Shown piece by piece: positions 9,671 to 18,366 of a stretch of DNA of 64,000 nt. The first letter of the stretch is position 1. Each line of letters opens with the position of its first letter. The translations under genes and the position numbers were made by a program. The stretch lies in sequence record PQ451753.1, one strand, 5' to 3'. The notes beneath the pieces are model-generated. The model worked only from the letters and a program-made list of their open reading frames with translations, was not told the DNA's origin and did not search any database.

Positions 9671-10030
9671 ACAGGCGATGCTAGGAATTAACCTAGCAAC
9701 CTGTCGGACATATAATACCCTACTAAGGCAAATAAAAAAGGGGTTGTCGGTGAGTTTCCCCACCGACGATGCCAGACAACGAGTTACAAAATCAACCATA
9801 TGGAGAGCATGGCGTGCGGAGTGGGCTGCTGTTCGGTCAACCCACTCCACGGGACAAACGCCTCGTCTACATCACGTTAGGACCCACGTTTGAAACATAA
9901 CCGATAATCATAGGAGGTGCAGCGTTAACAGTTGGCTAAGTCACTGTACTGCAATATCGGATAGGCGATTGTCGTAAGGAATCTTTGGCTGGTTCGAACA
10001 GTCCCTTACAGAAGATATGACATTCAGTAA
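9671..10030. ncRNA. Candidate structured non-coding RNA (strand unresolved, minus slightly favoured)
   Basis: At least 6 hand-verified helices in an intergenic region; GAAA tetraloop hairpin plus U-tract on minus; T-loop-like hairpin; unpaired SD/anti-SD segment. Confidence 0.55.
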
Positions 10031-10039
10031 AAAATTACT

Positions 10040-11182
10040 TTATGTGGCTTGCTTCAATGATTGACGTGCTAGCATATTGACCGCAATAAGTGTGCGTACT
10101 AGTGATGCGCTGATGGCTGACTCAACCGAAACTGCGTTCTTAATGTCTTGCTTCAATTGTTTCACATTACCACGACCTTCCGCTTCAAACTTCGCTAGCT
10201 TATCTTGAGCTTTCTTAACTGAGGCTTGTTCTTTGTTGAACTTGTACGAGATATCGCTGGTTACCTCAACTAGCGATCGTAATGCAGGCATCAGTTTATT
10301 AGTATCGCTTGGAGTTAGCGTGATCGTATCAGATGTCTTCTCAACTAAAGGTGCTGCCCAACCCGTCTTGCGTGTACCCGTTGGAGTAATCGCAGTTGCT
10401 ATGTAAATGTTACCCGGCAATGCTTTAACCTGAGCGCGACTGTCTTTCTTAATAATGAGCGGCATGGCTTGTTGGATAGCTTGGTCAGCGACTCCACTAA
10501 TTGCAATACGTTCAAGCTTTGCAGTTGCCTCATCCCAGTTGTAAGTATCAAGCATGTAACCTTTAGCTGGATTGATTACAGCATAAAAGGCATCGGCTGC
10601 GTTAGTGATGTCACGACCGTTCTTACCAAGATCGAGGTGACGGGCAATATCAAACTTACTTGCAATATACAAGTAGCTGTATTCCATCTTACGCTTCAGT
10701 TCAAACGGGTGACCTGCGGCGTACTCCAGGTAATCTGCTTCGTTCTTCTCTAGCCACTTACGAGATTGTTCTGATATGTTGAACATCTTCTTAAATGACT
10801 TCCACATACCGCTGAGTTTCTCAGAGAACCAATTACCGATGTTACTCATCAGTCCTTCCATTGCAATATCAACTTCTTTGATAAAAGCAGTACGGGGACA
10901 AGAGGCGGATTCAAGACCTACAGATTCGGATAGGAACCAACGTGCTTTAATGTCATTAACGGCATAAAGCATACCAGTGTAATCTAGGTGTGATTCAGAC
11001 ACTTGTTCCATGGCGATCTTTTTCAGGTTGTCAAGTGTTTCTAAATCGTTAAACAGTTGTTCACCGTCGGCGTCTAAGGTTTGTTGTTGTTCGAATAAAC
11101 ACAATGCTTCCATTGCGACAGTTGTCATCTCATCGTGATCGTAGCCCCCGCCATCTGCATCGATCCATTTTTTAGTTTGCAT
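10040..11182 (-). CDS. Internal head protein (phiKZ gp93-97-like family)
   Basis: AME, GLE and AME sites in an acidic propeptide, followed by an amphipathic helix; GGGAGG RBS. Confidence 0.7.
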   Translation of the reverse strand: MQTKKWIDADGGGYDHDEMTTVAMEALCLFEQQQTLDADGEQLFNDLETLDNLKKIAMEQVSESHLDYTGMLYAVNDIKARWFLSESVGLESASCPRTAFIKEVDIAMEGLMSNIGNWFSEKLSGMWKSFKKMFNISEQSRKWLEKNEADYLEYAAGHPFELKRKMEYSYLYIASKFDIARHLDLGKNGRDITNAADAFYAVINPAKGYMLDTYNWDEATAKLERIAISGVADQAIQQAMPLIIKKDSRAQVKALPGNIYIATAITPTGTRKTGWAAPLVEKTSDTITLTPSDTNKLMPALRSLVEVTSDISYKFNKEQASVKKAQDKLAKFEAEGRGNVKQLKQDIKNAVSVESAISASLVRTLIAVNMLARQSLKQAT

Positions 11183-11189
11183 ACGAAAT

Positions 11190-12290
11190 CCTCCCTAGGG
11201 TTTATGCATACTATTCGATATTTCCCCCTTTAAGGTCCCCTCTTTCCTTTCCTTTTCTCTTTCCTTTTTCCCCTCTTTGGAAACACCCCTTTTACCTATC
11301 TCTTATCCTATCCTAACTCCCCCCTAAATCCCCCTTTTAGCGTCACTCCAGTCGCTTCGCTCCCAAGGAGTTCCTTGAATGCTGACATTAGATTAATGTC
11401 TCTATATTTTTTTACTGTACAAAAAGTGAACAGTTTTAAATTGAGTATAAAGTTTAAGAAAAATTTTAAGGTTTAATTAATCTAAATATAAAAGTATGTT
11501 TAATAGAAATAGAACTATTGATCCAAGAGATTGACTTGTTTCTCCGAGAGATTGTATGGGCGTGCGCCGCCCGACTCGTATAAGGAGATAAGTGATGATA
11601 CTGAAGTTTATAGCGATAGATGAAATCAATGCATTAAGGATGGCTAAGCAGCTGTTGCAGCGCGGCAGGAAAGTTGCTGTCTATAAGAGAATGGTGGTGT
11701 CTGAAATACAAGACAGTGAGAACGCATTCTTGCAATGCAAATACCGTGCGTATACGGAAACGATAACACCATGGGATTGGCGTTACTTTGAATCGAACAA
11801 TTTAATTTTTTGATCTAAATTAAGTGTTTTTCTAAGGTTAATGTTTTTTTCTACGGTTATACTCCTATTATATGTCTTACACAGCTTTTAGCTAGTGTGA
11901 GATCTAGAGGACAGGGCGAAGCCCTGCGTCGAAGGAAGACGGACGGAGACCGACCGGGGGCGGGAGACGACCGGAGGTAGAGATTCGAGGGAGCCCGGAG
12001 AGGCTCCCAGAGAAGTAGATAGATAAAGATAGATAAAAGAGAATAGAATAGGGAGAGAATCCAGGATGGATGGAAAGAAATGTGGAGCTTTAAAAAGTTT
12101 AGGATAAACTAGACTTTAAATAATCCTTTTTTTATTTGTTAAGGTTAAGTTATGAAATTAAATCTAATTTTAAAAAGTTTATTGATCGGCATTCCCGGAT
12201 TGAGTCCTTTGCCGCCCGCGCCACTGGTTACTTTTTATACAGAGGTGCATAGTGTACATAACTCGTAAATTTTTCTTTAAAGGCTTTTAG
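11190..12290. other. Candidate replication-origin / control region
   Basis: Mostly non-coding 1.1 kb: polypyrimidine tract left, polypurine tract right, AT-rich core, opposed GCGAAGC motifs, short direct repeats. Confidence 0.45.
11592..11813 (+). CDS. Small hypothetical protein
   Basis: AAGGAGAT RBS, 73 aa. Confidence 0.5.
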   Translation: MMILKFIAIDEINALRMAKQLLQRGRKVAVYKRMVVSEIQDSENAFLQCKYRAYTETITPWDWRYFESNNLIF

Positions 12291-12884
12291 ATGACTAAGA
12301 CACTAATCGCGCTGGATATAGATGAAACACTCAATTCGATGTTAGACCATAAACTATTATGCGATGCTGATGACGAAGGTGGTGATGAACAACTATACCC
12401 TGCTCAGTTTGAAGGCATACTTAAGTTTTGTAATATAACGAATGGTGGAAATCGTTCTGAGTATGACTTAGGGATGTATGTAAATGTTGAACAGTTAAAA
12501 GCGTTCAATGAAATACGAGAAGAGTTTGATGCGGATGTCTTAGGGACGTCTTCATGGTTCTGCGGTGGAAGGGATGACAGAAAGGTAGCTGGCTTTCTTG
12601 ATATACCAGATGAGAAGTTTATTGGTTCGGGCGATACTGGTGGTTCAGTAGGGCGTTGTAAGTCAGTTGCTGAAGCGGTATTGAAGGGTGGTTATAATCG
12701 CTTGATTGTGTTAGATGACCAGTACTTTGGTTGGGAGTTGTTTGGATTAGATGTTCATCGTCCTAACATCACTGGAGCAGAAGCGTTTAATAGTGAGTGT
12801 CAACAACAAGCGCGAGAGATTCAATCAATTGAAATAGACCATGTGGAGTTAGCGCGACTACTGGAAGCTTACAGGCGTAAGTAA
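12291..12884 (+). CDS. HAD-superfamily phosphatase-like protein (RNA-repair-type HAD family)
   Basis: Motif I LDIDETLN, motif II SSW, motif IV LIVLDD. Confidence 0.7.
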   Translation: MTKTLIALDIDETLNSMLDHKLLCDADDEGGDEQLYPAQFEGILKFCNITNGGNRSEYDLGMYVNVEQLKAFNEIREEFDADVLGTSSWFCGGRDDRKVAGFLDIPDEKFIGSGDTGGSVGRCKSVAEAVLKGGYNRLIVLDDQYFGWELFGLDVHRPNITGAEAFNSECQQQAREIQSIEIDHVELARLLEAYRRK

Positions 12885-12937
12885 AAGGCTATTCTTTGTA
12901 GAGTATACGTCTAGACAATTATAACAGTGAGGTGTGA

Positions 12938-13363
12938 ATGGCACAGATAGTAACTCTCACACCGAGTGAATTCATGTTAGCGGTGCATCAACAAAGCATC
13001 AGTCCTGCGCAATTAAGTAAGCGTGCTGGATTGGCGACTACGAAGATGCGTTCGTTTTATCAGGTTTCAGACGGTGATGAGAACGATACCAATTTTGAAG
13101 TGGTAATAGGCGGCGTACGTCAGGCTAAAATGACGATTACAGCAGAAGCTCGTGTCTGGCATGAGTTGCTTAATATTTCTATTGCGGGATTGCGTAATGG
13201 AAAGACGTTTGAACAGACGCTGAAGTTAATGTTAGATAATCACTACGGTCGTTTCATTGATGTGGATGACGAATCGACGGTGGGAATCAAAGCATTGTTT
13301 GATCAAGTTTATTACCTTCTACTGCATTATGAATACTGCGGACAAGTACTAAGTCTGCAATAG
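12938..13363 (+). CDS. Hypothetical protein, possible N-terminal HTH
   Basis: SPAQLSKRAGLATTKMRSF resembles a helix-turn-helix; GAGGTG RBS. Confidence 0.6.
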   Translation: MAQIVTLTPSEFMLAVHQQSISPAQLSKRAGLATTKMRSFYQVSDGDENDTNFEVVIGGVRQAKMTITAEARVWHELLNISIAGLRNGKTFEQTLKLMLDNHYGRFIDVDDESTVGIKALFDQVYYLLLHYEYCGQVLSLQ

Positions 13364-13376
13364 TGAGGGAAGAAGA

Positions 13377-13838
13377 ATGTCAGTTAGTTTAATTGCTATA
13401 CTCTCGGCAGAACAGCCAGGGTACTATAGCCAGATTATCAGTGACCTCGACACGAATGATCCGCGCACGCAAGCAGTTAAGCGTGCACTGGCGCATTATC
13501 ATGAAGGCGTGGTTGCTAAATACGAAGATACCAACTTTAGTCGATTCGGTTACATTACTGGAAGTCTTACGATTGATTGGGATAAACGTTTTGGTGAAAT
13601 ACCTGCTTGCATGTTGTCGTTCTACTATGAAGCAGTTCGTCGATGTGTAGCCAATCGTGATAACTTTCCACACGCAGTGATGTTCTTATTCGACCGACTG
13701 GGACATCGGATTAAACTGTATCGTGAGCATTGTACCGAAGAAGAAGTCAATGAATGGATACGTCAGGTTGTTCACGATTTATACCTTGAATACGAAGAGC
13801 GTCCAGAACCCATTAATTTAATACATATAGATCTATGA
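13377..13838 (+). CDS. Hypothetical protein
   Basis: 153-aa ORF, GAGGG RBS. Confidence 0.75.
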   Translation: MSVSLIAILSAEQPGYYSQIISDLDTNDPRTQAVKRALAHYHEGVVAKYEDTNFSRFGYITGSLTIDWDKRFGEIPACMLSFYYEAVRRCVANRDNFPHAVMFLFDRLGHRIKLYREHCTEEEVNEWIRQVVHDLYLEYEERPEPINLIHIDL

Positions 13839-13906
13839 TGTGTAGGAATCGGGCTTGCACGCGGTTTCTGGGAATGATTTTAAATGGGGTTGCGCATTTG
13901 CAGTCC

Positions 13907-13953
13907 GGTAGGGTTGATAGGTTCTTGCTTATCCTCCCTACCAACCTTTTTTT
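13907..13953 (+). terminator. Terminator/attenuator-like hairpin upstream of the nuclease gene
   Basis: GGTAGGG/CCCTACC stem, alternative GGTTG/CAACC pairing, T7 tract. Confidence 0.55.
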
Positions 13954-13972
13954 ATTTGTCTGAGGAAATATC

Positions 13973-14674
13973 ATGAAACATCTTTTAGCCGCCTTGGCGT
14001 TACTGTTTGCAATGCAGTCACAAGCCATGGTGAAACTATCAACAAGTGGCGGCATCTGTCATTCAGAAACGTCACCTTACTATGAACGTATTGTTAACTA
14101 TACATCATACCTGAATATGGACACCTGTTCTTCTGAACTGGGATTTATGTTTGTAAAGAGCTGCATTGATGCGGGTGCGTGCTATGACCCCGAACCTGCT
14201 CCAGAGGGATATGACCGTATTAAGATGTTTGGTAATTGGGATGACCCTGATGGGAACTGTTTAAATACAAGACATCAATTACTGGCTATCACATCGTACG
14301 ATACGGTAGAGATAGAAGATTGTCGAGTTGTATCAGGTAATTGGATTTCACACTTCACTAACCTGACGATTACTGACCCATCCAAGATGGACATCGACCA
14401 TATTGTGCCATTGTATCATGCATGGGCTCATGGTGCCGATAAATGGACGCAGGAACAACGTGAAGCCTTTGCAACGGATACAGATAACCTATGGCCAGTA
14501 GAACTATCATTGAACCGTACAAAGTCTGACAGAGGTCTGGACTGGCTACCGCCTAAGAACCAGTGTCAGTACATCTTGAAGTTTTTAAACGTGGTTGAGA
14601 AGTACGATCTCCTTTACAGTGGGGAAGAACTTCAGTTCCATAAGAAGCAACGATTTGATTACTGTGGATTTTAA
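13973..14674 (+). CDS. Secreted HNH endonuclease (DUF1524/GmrSD C-terminal-like) with signal peptide
   Basis: MKHLLAALALLFAMQSQA signal; DIDHIVP..AW..GA.KW...R..FA.D..NL..V....N..KSD signature. Confidence 0.8.
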   Translation: MKHLLAALALLFAMQSQAMVKLSTSGGICHSETSPYYERIVNYTSYLNMDTCSSELGFMFVKSCIDAGACYDPEPAPEGYDRIKMFGNWDDPDGNCLNTRHQLLAITSYDTVEIEDCRVVSGNWISHFTNLTITDPSKMDIDHIVPLYHAWAHGADKWTQEQREAFATDTDNLWPVELSLNRTKSDRGLDWLPPKNQCQYILKFLNVVEKYDLLYSGEELQFHKKQRFDYCGF

Positions 14675-14683
14675 GACACATAA

Positions 14684-14709
14684 AGAGAGGAGGCGTAAGC
14701 CCCCTCTCT
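14684..14709. terminator. Bidirectional terminator
   Basis: AGAGAGG..GC-GTAA-GC..CCTCTCT between convergent genes. Confidence 0.7.
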
Positions 14710-14724
14710 GATTTATGTCGGTTG

Positions 14725-15540
14725 TTAAATCTTAACCTTGCCTGAACGGAAGATATGCTTCTGTTTTCTGGCTTGGTCGTTGAGTAGTAAGATTTTGTGC
14801 CATTTCTGGTCGAGCAGGTCTTGGTACATCTGATGATGATCACTCCATTGGTCTACAAACTCTTTGTATCGACCAAAGTCACGACCACCCTCTAGACGCG
14901 TTCTATCCAATCCTAACGACAGTTCACGGTACAGGTAAGCCTTACATGCCACATTCACCAATTCCGCAAAGTCTTGGTAGTATGGGCGTTTGATTTCAAG
15001 TAAGTCATCCGTGTAACCAATTCGACACTCTAACGTGATATCAACTGAGAAGTTTTGATAGTCATTGATCTTGACTACGTTATCCCCTAACAGTTCAACT
15101 TCCGCATTCGTAATATTTGGAATAGGACGATGGGATGCATTAACTGACTGAATGCTACGTTCGAACGGAGACACAGTGAAAGCCTGTGTAGATTGTCCGG
15201 GTACACGTTCAGAGTAGTTTGACGTAACGTTAAGTGACACGCGGTTAACTTGGACGATTTCTCGACCCAAAGTCATATGACGTGGAATTACATAGATACG
15301 GCTGTAGTCTTCCAGCTTATCGTACGCAAGTCCTGACAACGGGATTTCAAGAGCAACGCCACCAATCGAGTCTAAGTCTGGTTTAATGAGATTTGCAATT
15401 AATTCGTCACGAATTTCACTATCTACAGACTTACGACGTCGACCCCAACGCTGTTCTTTTTTTCTGAATCCATCTTCTAATATCTCTTTCGGAATGTCCG
15501 AGAATTTGAGACGGTTCAGAGCATGCTCTATAGCGTTCAT
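14725..15540 (-). CDS. Conserved chimallivirus protein (phiKZ gp42-like, probably virion)
   Basis: Start refined to MNAIEHAL with GAAGGAGG RBS; family assignment from recalled N-terminus and synteny. Confidence 0.55.
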   Translation of the reverse strand: MNAIEHALNRLKFSDIPKEILEDGFRKKEQRWGRRRKSVDSEIRDELIANLIKPDLDSIGGVALEIPLSGLAYDKLEDYSRIYVIPRHMTLGREIVQVNRVSLNVTSNYSERVPGQSTQAFTVSPFERSIQSVNASHRPIPNITNAEVELLGDNVVKINDYQNFSVDITLECRIGYTDDLLEIKRPYYQDFAELVNVACKAYLYRELSLGLDRTRLEGGRDFGRYKEFVDQWSDHHQMYQDLLDQKWHKILLLNDQARKQKHIFRSGKVKI

Positions 15541-15644
15541 AGAACCCTCCTTCATCGCAGTCATAGCATGACTTGAGCTTACGTAAATAATAACATAACA
15601 GCGATTCCTATAGGGGAGTTTGGCTATGAATAAAAGTATTGTCA

Positions 15645-15663
15645 AATATATTTTATCTTAGTG
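15645..15663 (+). promoter_or_regulatory. Putative early promoter, copy 3
   Basis: AATATATTTTATCTTAGTG. Confidence 0.6.
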
Positions 15664-15684
15664 ATAAATCCTTGGAGATAATAA

Positions 15685-16038
15685 ATGCGACTTATAATTT
15701 TACAATTTGAAGTTGCACCTTTCTTAGATGAATATGAAAACAAATTTGGTGAACTGCCAGAGGGATGCGAGATAAATGATTTCGCAATTATGGTAATGCT
15801 TTCGATAATGCATCGACACTGCATACTGATGTTAACGGACAGCGCTTTTCGTAAATACGAAGAACGTGGTGTTTGTTTTCGTAATAAGGTTGATGACATT
15901 GTTGAGAACTTAGTGTTCAATCCAGATGATTCAGCTGTCTACCATATTGCCGAATACTATCGTACCTTCAGAGGCGTGCTCTCCATATCTAAAGTTCGTC
16001 TAAGAAGAAAACGAACGTTTGAGGTGTACTGTGAATAA
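15685..16038 (+). CDS. Early-array protein 1
   Basis: GGAGAT RBS, 117 aa. Confidence 0.75.
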   Translation: MRLIILQFEVAPFLDEYENKFGELPEGCEINDFAIMVMLSIMHRHCILMLTDSAFRKYEERGVCFRNKVDDIVENLVFNPDDSAVYHIAEYYRTFRGVLSISKVRLRRKRTFEVYCE

Positions 16039-16705
16039 ATATACATATAACATTGAACCATTCTATCAGCAAGTTCGTGACTTCATTTCGAAGCGTGCTG
16101 ACTTGTTTACTGGATTGGAAGAAGTGTTTGATGATCCGGCCAACTTTGACCATGATCCGTCTAAACCACTCTCGCTGTTTGAAGCGACAGAAAACCGCCG
16201 TGATGTCACGCGGGAATACTTAGATAAGTTAGAAGCGTTCCAGCGCGACCTTACTCAGGAACTTATCAATGCCGTACTGTGTGAGTACTTCTACTCAATC
16301 CCAGAAGGTTATGATAACCGTTTCTACTTGCTAGGTAAGCAGTCTATCAACCAGTGTCAGTATGCCGACCCTGAAACTTGGTATAAAGTGTGTCGTATGG
16401 CTAAGCGAAGCGATGCACATGTACTACTGCTTGATGAAAGAGAAAACGTTGAAGATAGTGTTCCAATTGGGATACGCAATGAAGACGTTCGCCGAATCTT
16501 CCACGAATTGTTTGTAGCATTCTACTGTGAGCTACGTTATTCGTTGCCTGAAAATACATGGGCTACCGTAGATTTTAAGGTTAGTGGAAATACAATGACG
16601 TTAACCTTCGGCGAGGACTTAAGGCATGTTATCTTTGAACGTGAACACGGTGCCAATAAATGGACGGGCCCGTACTGCCTTCCGACAGGAGAGATTATCG
16701 AATAG
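16031..16705 (+). CDS. Early-array protein 2
   Basis: GTG start after GAGGTG RBS. Confidence 0.75.
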   Translation: MNKYTYNIEPFYQQVRDFISKRADLFTGLEEVFDDPANFDHDPSKPLSLFEATENRRDVTREYLDKLEAFQRDLTQELINAVLCEYFYSIPEGYDNRFYLLGKQSINQCQYADPETWYKVCRMAKRSDAHVLLLDERENVEDSVPIGIRNEDVRRIFHELFVAFYCELRYSLPENTWATVDFKVSGNTMTLTFGEDLRHVIFEREHGANKWTGPYCLPTGEIIE

Positions 16706-17087
16706 TCGTGTAAGGTTAGTTATTAAGGACATCTATTATGGCGTAGAGGGCAAACTCGACGATTACGATTATCGTTACGATAGCAGGGATATTGAAGAGT
16801 TTGTCGCATCTGTGTTAGATATGTACCTAGACAGTGCAGACCGTGGCTTCGGTCGAGCAGCTGTTGATATGCGAGCAGCATTTGAAATCTTTCAAGCTCT
16901 CGTGGGTGGTGAAGAAGCTAAGCAATTATCGCGTATTCGTGTACAACAATTAGTCTTGTTTATATTGGCTGAACTAGGCGACTACTTGCGAACGTTTGAA
17001 ATCGTTCGTGTGTACGATTACACAATCTTCGGGTCACAATTGGCTATAGACTGTTTAAGAAGAGTTGAGATAAAGGCGGTAGCATAA
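16626..17087 (+). CDS. Early-array protein 3
   Basis: GAGG RBS inside the upstream gene; 80-nt overlap; no later start codon before the conserved body. Confidence 0.7.
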   Translation: MLSLNVNTVPINGRARTAFRQERLSNSRVRLVIKDIYYGVEGKLDDYDYRYDSRDIEEFVASVLDMYLDSADRGFGRAAVDMRAAFEIFQALVGGEEAKQLSRIRVQQLVLFILAELGDYLRTFEIVRVYDYTIFGSQLAIDCLRRVEIKAVA

Positions 17088-17100
17088 ATAGGAGATAATA

Positions 17101-17472
17101 ATGCACAAACGTAAACGCAACGCGTATGTGTTTAACTTGAGTGTCTTACAGGACCTTAGCGAAGATCTCATGGAGTATGACATCTATGAGATATTTGATG
17201 AACAAATCGATAACTTCGACTTCATCAGAACGCTAATTAAGGCATCTCTATCAACACGTAATGAGCAAGAAGCACATCTTAAAGCGATAATGATTCTAAC
17301 TCAATATGTGGACGCATCTCAGAAAGACCATTTGTCTGAAATGGTTAATGAGATAATGCAGCTAGGTGACTTTGAGTATCTGATTGATGTTATCAGGAAC
17401 TCAGTTGGTCGTCAGGCTTATCGTTATCCTGGTGTGGATATTAAGGGTGAACGTCTGGTGGTGAAAGTGTAA
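17101..17472 (+). CDS. Early-array protein 4
   Basis: AGGAGAT RBS. Confidence 0.75.
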   Translation: MHKRKRNAYVFNLSVLQDLSEDLMEYDIYEIFDEQIDNFDFIRTLIKASLSTRNEQEAHLKAIMILTQYVDASQKDHLSEMVNEIMQLGDFEYLIDVIRNSVGRQAYRYPGVDIKGERLVVKV

Positions 17473-17912
17473 TGGAGATTGTGGTTGGTATAGTGCCGTA
17501 TCACAGACGTCTAGCTAACGCCATCAACGAACACTATGACGATGTGGTTCAGGGTGTGAATGTGAGTAACGTAATGAGGCGTACTGACATTTACACGATT
17601 ATGACGATCATTATGAAAGTGTCGGTGGTTGACTACATGTCGGATATTGCATCTATGGCATCCGAGTCAATCTACCGTCACCTTAATCTTAAGTATAGCG
17701 TGTCTATGCTTATGATTTCACATATGGTCAATGAGATAATAGAATCTGATGAGTATATCGAAATACGCCATCGGATTAATCAGTGTGTTGCAAGAACGTC
17801 TGACAGACACTTGGGTGTCAATGACGTCATCCTTACTTGGAATTTGAGTAAGGTTGTAATACACGTTGCCGGACGACGAGGTGAGTATGAGAGTAACAGT
17901 TCGCATTCATGA
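17472..17912 (+). CDS. Early-array protein 5
   Basis: TAATG coupling. Confidence 0.75.
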   Translation: MEIVVGIVPYHRRLANAINEHYDDVVQGVNVSNVMRRTDIYTIMTIIMKVSVVDYMSDIASMASESIYRHLNLKYSVSMLMISHMVNEIIESDEYIEIRHRINQCVARTSDRHLGVNDVILTWNLSKVVIHVAGRRGEYESNSSHS

Positions 17913-18366
17913 TTTTAATAACTACTTTATGGAACTCATTCCATTTAGTCAAGCATTGGATAACGTTCGAATTGTCCAGTGTTTAATCGATGACCTTAAC
18001 GGTCTACTTAATTTAAGTCAATCGGTTGCCAGAGAGGAACCTGTTGATTATCGCAAGATATCCAATACGTTGGAGTACCTAACAAAAGACGCTGAGAGTT
18101 TCATTAGTGAGGCAGGAATGGTTCACATGAAGAATGCAGTCGGTGATTTGATGAAGGTGTTCTTTGAAGAACTTCGAGGGTATCCGCGTTGGACTAACAT
18201 GCGTTTCCGCTACATTCGTCATCAAGAAGCTTCATCAGGCTCTTGGACAATACGTATGGAAGCATTTGATGAGTATGACCATAATGATCGTATCTGCGAC
18301 CTTATGATGGAAATGGCGGAACGATTACTGGAGCAATTCTGTGTTAAAGATGACCGTAGGTATTAG
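17887..18366 (+). CDS. Early-array protein 6
   Basis: GAGGTG RBS before ATG 17887 (MRVTVRI). Confidence 0.75.
   Translation: MRVTVRIHDFNNYFMELIPFSQALDNVRIVQCLIDDLNGLLNLSQSVAREEPVDYRKISNTLEYLTKDAESFISEAGMVHMKNAVGDLMKVFFEELRGYPRWTNMRFRYIRHQEASSGSWTIRMEAFDEYDHNDRICDLMMEMAERLLEQFCVKDDRRY

Noticed and set aside
9816-9850. SRP RNA resemblance (AGCAGCC on minus)
   Set aside because: No GNRA-capped helix 8 with the symmetric loop; match is too short
9587-9893. ORFs 9587..9850 (-) and 9651..9893 (+)
   Set aside because: No RBS, atypical composition, span a terminator and stable hairpins
9985-10005. tRNA gene suggested by GGTTCGAAC
   Set aside because: No acceptor stem, D-arm or anticodon arm could be built; kept only as a T-loop-like motif
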